Shown here piece after piece: positions 58,104 to 64,000 of a DNA stretch of 64,000 nucleotides. The stretch covers positions 3,872,001 through 3,936,000 of the forward strand of contig OZ242318.1 in the NCBI GenBank assembly GCA_965208105.1, written 5' to 3'. The DNA comes from Candidatus Latescibacterota bacterium (GTDB lineage Bacteria; Latescibacterota; UBA2968; UBA8231). The position numbers were made by a program, and so were the translations under genes. The notes under the pieces are model-generated. The model had not been told where the DNA came from. It searched no databases and saw only the letters and a list, made by a program, of their open reading frames with translations. The first letter of the stretch is position 1. Every line of letters begins with the position of its first letter.

Positions 58104-59294
58104 ATGATCAAGCGAACCCTGACCCCCTACCTGCAGCGGGATGCCGGTTTTTACCCGGTCCTCACCCTGACCGGTCCCCGCCAGTCCGGCAAGACGACGC
58201 TGGTCCGGTCTGCCTTTCCGGATCACGACTACGTCTCCCTGGAAGACCCCGACGCCCGCGCCTTCGCCACGGAAGATCCCAGGGGCTTCCTGGACCGCTT
58301 CGCGGGACCCGTCATCCTGGACGAAGCGCAGCGTGCTCCGGATCTGTTCTCCTACATCCAGGGGCTGGTTGACCAGGACGACAAGGCCGGGCGCTTTGTC
58401 CTCACGGGGTCGCAGAATTTTCTGCTGATGTCCGCCCTGTCGCAGAGTCTGGCCGGACGGTCCGCGGTGTTGCACCTGCTGCCGTTCTCTCGCGCTGAGC
58501 TCGAAGGACAATCCCCGGCCGCGCCGGACGATCCCCGGGGGTTGTTCGCCAACAGCGAGTCCAGTCTGGACCTGTGGCCGGCCATTCATACCGGGTTCTA
58601 CCCTCGGATTCACGCTCGAGGCATCCCGGCCGGGGTGTGGATGCCGGACTACGTACAGACCTACGTCGAACGCGACCTGCGCTTCCTTGTCAACATCGGC
58701 GACCTGAGCACCTTCGAGCAGTTTCTCCGTTTGTGTGCCGGCCGCGTGGGCCAGCTGCTCAACTACTCCTCCCTGGCGAACGACTGCGGTGTATCCGTGG
58801 ACACGACGCGCAGGTGGCTCTCCGTTCTGGAGACGAGCTTCCTCGTTTTCCGTCTGCCGCCCCATTACCGAAACTTCAACAAGCGTCTGGTGAAGAGTCC
58901 AAAGATCTATTTCCACGACACCGGGCTGGCCTGCTACCTGCTGGGAATCCGGGAAGCTGACATGCTGCCGACCCATCCTCTGCGGGGTGCGCTGTTCGAG
59001 AACTACGTGGTGGCAGAAGTAGCCAAGGCCTTCGCTCACCATCGGCGGCAGCGGCAGATGCACTTCTGGCGCGACCGTTCGGGCTACGAGATCAACCTCC
59101 TCCTGTCGAGGGAAGAGGACCTGTATGCGGTGGAAATCAAGTCGGGCCAGACGGTGGCGGGAGACGGTTTCGACTCGCTGACCAGGTGGAGTGACCTGGC
59201 CTCTCAGCCGTTGGACCGGGGGACGCTTGTGTACGGCGGCGACCAGGCCTATCAACGCAACGGGATTTCCGTGCGGCCGTGGTTCGGGGTGTAG
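58104..59294 (+). CDS. AAA_14 ATPase with DUF4143 domain
   Basis: GPRQSGKT, ILDEAQ, LTGS, TYVERD, KSPKIYFHDTG, FENYV, AVEIK. Confidence 0.92.
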   Translation: MIKRTLTPYLQRDAGFYPVLTLTGPRQSGKTTLVRSAFPDHDYVSLEDPDARAFATEDPRGFLDRFAGPVILDEAQRAPDLFSYIQGLVDQDDKAGRFVLTGSQNFLLMSALSQSLAGRSAVLHLLPFSRAELEGQSPAAPDDPRGLFANSESSLDLWPAIHTGFYPRIHARGIPAGVWMPDYVQTYVERDLRFLVNIGDLSTFEQFLRLCAGRVGQLLNYSSLANDCGVSVDTTRRWLSVLETSFLVFRLPPHYRNFNKRLVKSPKIYFHDTGLACYLLGIREADMLPTHPLRGALFENYVVAEVAKAFAHHRRQRQMHFWRDRSGYEINLLLSREEDLYAVEIKSGQTVAGDGFDSLTRWSDLASQPLDRGTLVYGGDQAYQRNGISVRPWFGV

Positions 59295-59640
59295 GGCCCA
59301 GCCGCAGGTGGACCGCAGGAGCTCCCGCGCCTTCGGTCCTCGACCGAGGCCGCTCCGCGACGCACCCAGGACAGGCGGTAGCCAGCCAGCGCATATCAGC
59401 CGGATCAACCGCCGCTACAGCGTCCCTTCTGTTCCCGAACAAACCCATGCAAAGATAACACCCGAAATTACCACCCTGAGTGGATTGACAACCGTTAATA
59501 CATGTCAGTGCCTGCTTGCGCAATTCCGGGTGAACTCTGCAGCCGCAGCATCCGTTTCGGGGCGTTGCCCTCGCTTGGCCACCTTGTGAGCCGTGGCCCT
59601 CGGCGCCCCGATATCGTCAACCTGTCTCTGCGACGCGACC

Positions 59641-60930
59641 CTAGCGCCGCATGGTGATGTACACGTCGGTCCTGGCGGGTTTGCCGGCCATCGCCGATTT
59701 CGCCCGCGCCATGATGAAGTTCCAGGGTCGGTCCACCACCAGGTGGGTGCTCTGCCCGGGACCCAGCCATTCCTCCGGCTCGTGGATGATATGCCAGCCG
59801 CGGGCGTCGGCGGAGCCGAGCAGCTGCCACTGCATGGCCCCGGATCCCTCCGCATTGCTGACCTGGAGGTTTTTTTCGCGGTAGCCCCTCGCCTCCATTA
59901 TGCCGCTGTCGGCGACCTGGTCGGTGGTGGCGTAGCCCTTGAACAGGTAGGCGTCCTTCTCCGTCCGCGGGGGAATGCAGAAAGGATTCACCTCGTAGAT
60001 CATGTTGCGGCCCCAGTCGGTCACCAGCAGCGTTCCCCTGCGGGACAGGTGAACGTAGGTCGGGGACACCATATGCGGGGTGGCCGTAAGGAGCCGCCCG
60101 GGGCTGGCGCCGCCCAGCTCCCAAACCAGCTCCTTGTCCTCGTTGACGCAGAGGATGCGGGCGCGCTCGTCGGCGATGATGGTAAGGCCGGCCCCGTGCT
60201 CGTTGATGCCGTAGCGCAGGGCGCGCACCGGACAGCTCAGGCGGTCGTAGAGGTCGCCCGAACCCTGCTGGTGGCGCTCGCCGTAGAGCCAGACTGTTTC
60301 GCTCTTCCGGGTATCGACCTCGCGCACCACGGGATCGGGCCCGTAGTAACCGACCAGGAGGTCGCCTCCATATGAATCGCAGAACTGGGGATTGAGCTTG
60401 TGCAGATAGAAGGGATTGCGGTGAGGCTGGGGATCGAAGCGCCACAACCGGGCACCGTCGCTCATTCGGATTTTGAAAACGCCGTGGTCCCGGTCCGAGG
60501 CCATGATGTGGTCGTCGTCCCAGTAGATGGCCTCGAGCGGCGCCTCCAGCCCGGTGTGGCACCAGAGGATCTCTCCCGAGTCCCGGTGCAGGATCATGAC
60601 CCGGTGTTCTCCCTGGTACTCGGTGATCAGCAGGTGTTCCTGGTAGGGGCCGGAGGGCATGAAATGGACTGAATGCGCCGCGCTGAGGCGCTGCCCTGAG
60701 CCGGCCACCCCTCTCTCGCCGAAGAGAACCCTCATCTCCCGGCTGGAGCGGCTGATGATCAGGATGTCGTTGCCGTACTGCTCGGCGACCGCGATCTCGT
60801 CGGGATTGAAGGGGTTCTCCTCGGCGGCGTGAGGCCCCGACAGCTCTCCATCTCCGACACCGGGATTGCCGGTCCCGTAGGACCACACCGGGTATTGGCC
60901 GGTTGGCGATGTTTTCAAATCATCGTGCAT
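59641..60930 (-). CDS. NHL/PQQ-like beta-propeller protein
   Basis: Repeated W-x-YG, G.L..P, LLITE/IIADE/LLVTDW blades; AGGAG RBS before ATG 60930. Confidence 0.7.
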   Translation of the reverse strand: MHDDLKTSPTGQYPVWSYGTGNPGVGDGELSGPHAAEENPFNPDEIAVAEQYGNDILIISRSSREMRVLFGERGVAGSGQRLSAAHSVHFMPSGPYQEHLLITEYQGEHRVMILHRDSGEILWCHTGLEAPLEAIYWDDDHIMASDRDHGVFKIRMSDGARLWRFDPQPHRNPFYLHKLNPQFCDSYGGDLLVGYYGPDPVVREVDTRKSETVWLYGERHQQGSGDLYDRLSCPVRALRYGINEHGAGLTIIADERARILCVNEDKELVWELGGASPGRLLTATPHMVSPTYVHLSRRGTLLVTDWGRNMIYEVNPFCIPPRTEKDAYLFKGYATTDQVADSGIMEARGYREKNLQVSNAEGSGAMQWQLLGSADARGWHIIHEPEEWLGPGQSTHLVVDRPWNFIMARAKSAMAGKPARTDVYITMRR

Positions 60931-61191
60931 GGCGGCTCCTGAATCCTGGCTGAAGGCGGACCCGCGCCGGTCCGCTGCTGCAAAAGTCAAGGATTATCGA
61001 ATTTTTCCAGGGAGCGGTCAAGATAGGGAACGGTCAAGGGAATCGAAAACCAGGGCGGAATGGTGGTCAGCCGCGGTTCCCCTTTTCAGGGCCCGGAGCT
61101 TGTCTGCCGCCACGGGGTGGGATATCTTTGCAGCCGAATCCCGGCCGCTTCTGCCGCGCCGGCCATGAAAAGACCAATCCTGGAGGAGAAA

Positions 61192-62592
61192 ATGGCCCTG
61201 GAGCTTATCGATCCCAAGAAGTACCGGCAGTTGTTTCTCGACGACTTCGCCGTGGAAAAAATGACCGGTGTCTACCGCACGTTGCACCAGCCCGAGAAGG
61301 TGGGTCCCGCGGTGAGGCCGGACCGCAGCCGCGGTGAAACCGCCCTGCAGAGCCGCATCTCTCCCCAGTGGAACAGTGAGAAGGAGCGCTGGGAGTGGTG
61401 GTTCGGCAGTGACTTCGCCACCTCCGCAGACGGCGAACACTGGGAGCGTTTTCCGCAGAAGGTCGTCCCCTCGCACGCGGTCCGCGACGAGCGCGACCCG
61501 GATCCCCGGCGGCGCTACAAAGGCCTGCTGGGCAGCCGCCACGGCAACGATCAATGCCCCGCCTTTTCGGCTGACGGCATCGAGTGGGAGCGCCTCGACG
61601 TGCCTCCCATACCCAGCCAGGACGAGCACCAGTTCACCTACGACCCCTATGGCGACCGCTACATCGCCATGGTCAAGCACGGCACCGAGTGGGGGCGCTC
61701 GGTGTTTCTCGCCTCCAGCGAGGACGGCGTACACTACACCGAGCCCGAGTTGATCTTCCACACCGACGAGATCGACCGCGAGAACCGCAGGAAACGGGTG
61801 CGCGAGGTCCTCGAGAATCCGGTCTACATAAAACCTGCCTTCATCGACGACGTCGACTATATCGCCGAGGCGTATCACATGGCGGTGATGCCCTACCAGG
61901 GGTTCTACATCGGCTTTCCGCTGATCTTCAACCCCATCGGCGCGGTGCCGCCGCCGCATACCAACTTCACCCGCATCAACCAGATCGAACTGGCGGTCTC
62001 GCGCGACCTCCACAACTGGGAGCGGGTCGCCGACCGCGCCCTGTTCATCGGCATCGAGCCGTGGGACGGGAAACGCTACGACACCAACCAGGTGGGCATG
62101 TCGGGGCAGCCGGTGGTGCGCGAGGACGGGGAGATCTGGATCTACTACATCGGCTCCCGCATTCCTTCCAGAAAGGAGCAGTACGAGCGCTATAATCACA
62201 ACGAGGAGCTGTTCCGCCTCGGGGTCGACCCGGACCTCTTCGACGACAGCACCACCATCTGTCTGGCGAAACTGCGCCCCGACGGCTTTGTCTCGCTGGA
62301 CGCCGATGCCGCCGGCACCATTACCTCCAAGCCCTTCATCTGGAGGGGCGAGGACCTGTACGTGAACGTGGATGCGCGCTGGGGCGAGTTCTACGCCGAG
62401 ATCGTGGACGCCGAGAGCAACAAGGTCTTTCCCGGTTTCTGGGTGCCCGCCGAGCTTCCCGCTCCACTGAAGGGGAATCATCTGCGGGCCAAGGTCGAGT
62501 GGAAGCCGGACCACGATCTGGTTTTCGAAAAGCCGGTGCGGGTGCGCTTCTACCTGCACCAGGCGCGGCTCTTCTCCTTCTGGCTGGAATGA
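61192..62592 (+). CDS. Beta-propeller glycoside hydrolase-like protein (paralog of 6361-7866)
   Basis: QLFLDD, SADGEHW, SADGIEW, SRDLHNWERVA, LRPDGFVSL, LFSFWL; GGAGGAG RBS. Confidence 0.72.
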   Translation: MALELIDPKKYRQLFLDDFAVEKMTGVYRTLHQPEKVGPAVRPDRSRGETALQSRISPQWNSEKERWEWWFGSDFATSADGEHWERFPQKVVPSHAVRDERDPDPRRRYKGLLGSRHGNDQCPAFSADGIEWERLDVPPIPSQDEHQFTYDPYGDRYIAMVKHGTEWGRSVFLASSEDGVHYTEPELIFHTDEIDRENRRKRVREVLENPVYIKPAFIDDVDYIAEAYHMAVMPYQGFYIGFPLIFNPIGAVPPPHTNFTRINQIELAVSRDLHNWERVADRALFIGIEPWDGKRYDTNQVGMSGQPVVREDGEIWIYYIGSRIPSRKEQYERYNHNEELFRLGVDPDLFDDSTTICLAKLRPDGFVSLDADAAGTITSKPFIWRGEDLYVNVDARWGEFYAEIVDAESNKVFPGFWVPAELPAPLKGNHLRAKVEWKPDHDLVFEKPVRVRFYLHQARLFSFWLE

Positions 62593-62678
62593 GTCAGGTC
62601 ATCGCCCGTTTCACAGCCGATCCACCATCTCGATGACACCCGCATCATTGGCCGGTCCGGAATAACCTGGCAGAATCG

Positions 62679-64000
62679 ATGGCGTCAAGCGAACCGTCCC
62701 CACAAGACCTGACTGCCGGCGACGGATCGCCCCGCATCACCCTCAGGGCGCTCGTCCTCGGGGCGCTCACCATCGCCGTCAGCTTCTATTTCACCATCGC
62801 CGAGATCGCCGGCCGCGGCATGGGGGGATTCGTCGCCTCCCAGTTGCCCATGGTGGCGCTGGCTCCCTTCGTCCTGTGGCTCTTCGCCAATCTCGGGCTG
62901 CAGCGGCTGTGGCCTTCCATCGCCCTGCGCCGCGGCGAACTGCTCACCATCTTCTGCATGCTGTGGGTGGTGGGCACCGTGCCGCTCTACGGCTGGAGCA
63001 GCTACTGGGTCATGTGGCTGGCGGTGCCGGGCTATTTCGCCTCCCCGGAGAACCAGTGGGCGGCGACCTTCTTCGACTTTCTGCCCTGGCACGTGTTCCC
63101 CGAAAGCTCGCCGCGGGTATTGCAGGGGCTGTGGCAGGAGTTGCCCGAAGGGGCCGACATTCCCTGGGAGGCCTGGCTCGGCCTGGCGGGCAACTGGCTG
63201 GGGGTGTCGGTGGCCATGGTGGTCTTCGGCTTCTGCATGGTGGTGCTGCTGCAGCGGCAGTGGGAGGAGGGGGAGAAGCTGACCTTTCCGCTGGCCCAGT
63301 TGCCGCTGGATCTGACCGCGGGATTCGACGGCACCCGGCGCGTCCCGCAGATCTTCCGCAAGCCGCTGTTCTGGATCGGCTTCTTCGCCGTCTTCGGCCC
63401 CGCCCTCTACAACATAGTCACCTATTTCACCCCCGGCCTGCCCCAGTTCGAGCTCTACTGGAAGCGCTATACCTACGACCTGGGACCCGGTTATCCGGAG
63501 TTCTACTTTCGCGTACTGCCCCTGGTGATTGCGGTCACCTACCTCTGTCCTCTCGATATCCTGGGCAGCATGGTGGCCTTCGCGCTCCTGGCCCTGCTGA
63601 AGGGATCGGCAATGCAGCGGGTGGGGTTTTCCCTCGGATCCCAGGGACAGCCCCTGGAGTGGCACCGCATCCTTCACATAGAGAGCTACGGGGCCATGCT
63701 CTTCATCGGTTTGTGGTCGCTGTGGCTCGCCCGCGGCCACCTGCGCCGGGTGTGGCTGCAGGTGCGCCAGGGAGGGGGGGATCCGGGGGAGGTCAGACGC
63801 TACCGCATGGCCCTCATCGGCCTTCTGCTGTCCGGCGCCTACGTGGTGGCATGGCAGATGGGTCTGGGCATGAGCCTGCCTTTGGCCCTGTGCGTGTTCA
63901 TCGTCACTTTCCTGACCTACCTGGTGATCATCAAGCTGATCGCCGCAACCGGATGTGCCTACCTGCTCACCGATTGGGGCCACATGAAGGCGGAGACCTT
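62679..64000 (+). CDS. DUF6785-type membrane protein (paralog of 7916-9892), runs off the window
   Basis: Open frame from ATG 62679: MASSEP..RITLRALVLGA, LRRGELL, QWEEGEKLTFPLAQLP; absent from the ORF track because no stop lies in the window. Confidence 0.8.
   Translation, partial: MASSEPSPQDLTAGDGSPRITLRALVLGALTIAVSFYFTIAEIAGRGMGGFVASQLPMVALAPFVLWLFANLGLQRLWPSIALRRGELLTIFCMLWVVGTVPLYGWSSYWVMWLAVPGYFASPENQWAATFFDFLPWHVFPESSPRVLQGLWQELPEGADIPWEAWLGLAGNWLGVSVAMVVFGFCMVVLLQRQWEEGEKLTFPLAQLPLDLTAGFDGTRRVPQIFRKPLFWIGFFAVFGPALYNIVTYFTPGLPQFELYWKRYTYDLGPGYPEFYFRVLPLVIAVTYLCPLDILGSMVAFALLALLKGSAMQRVGFSLGSQGQPLEWHRILHIESYGAMLFIGLWSLWLARGHLRRVWLQVRQGGGDPGEVRRYRMALIGLLLSGAYVVAWQMGLGMSLPLALCVFIVTFLTYLVIIKLIAATGCAYLLTDWGHMKAET

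Noticed and set aside
62685-63983. 432-aa minus-strand ORF
   Set aside because: Antisense shadow of the plus-strand DUF6785 gene starting at 62679

Overview
High-GC bacterial chromosomal region. The gene content (DUF6785-type transporters, PhyH dioxygenases, FlgD-Ig/DUF4159 proteins, ankyrin and WD40 proteins, a C-terminal SWGxLK tail) suggests a Latescibacterota/Poribacteria-like lineage, possibly host-associated; this is inference. Both flanks (1-26.5 kb and 49.3-64 kb) carry surface, transport and catabolic genes and one tRNA-Val(GAC). The centre (about 26.5-49.3 kb) is a decaying defence island. Three systems there look intact: a Wadjet type III-like jetABCD operon, a SauUSI-like PLD-helicase-DUF3427 nuclease and a Hachiman-like nuclease/helicase pair. 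They sit among remnants (DUF499 ATPase, a PD-(D/E)xK-like gene, DUF262, YgjP, AbiEii), an IS1595 with low-GC passenger genes and an IS630. Patterns missing from the ORF track: three toxin genes (higB, abiEii, brnT) reduced to stubs beside intact antitoxins; a 94-bp IS630-derived MITE that places a promoter-like sequence just upstream of an aldolase-family gene; a small structured RNA/sORF unit; and two gene pairs that each occur twice (propeller hydrolase + DUF6785 transporter; PhyH + NodB deacetylase). All family assignments come from motif recognition by eye, not database searches.
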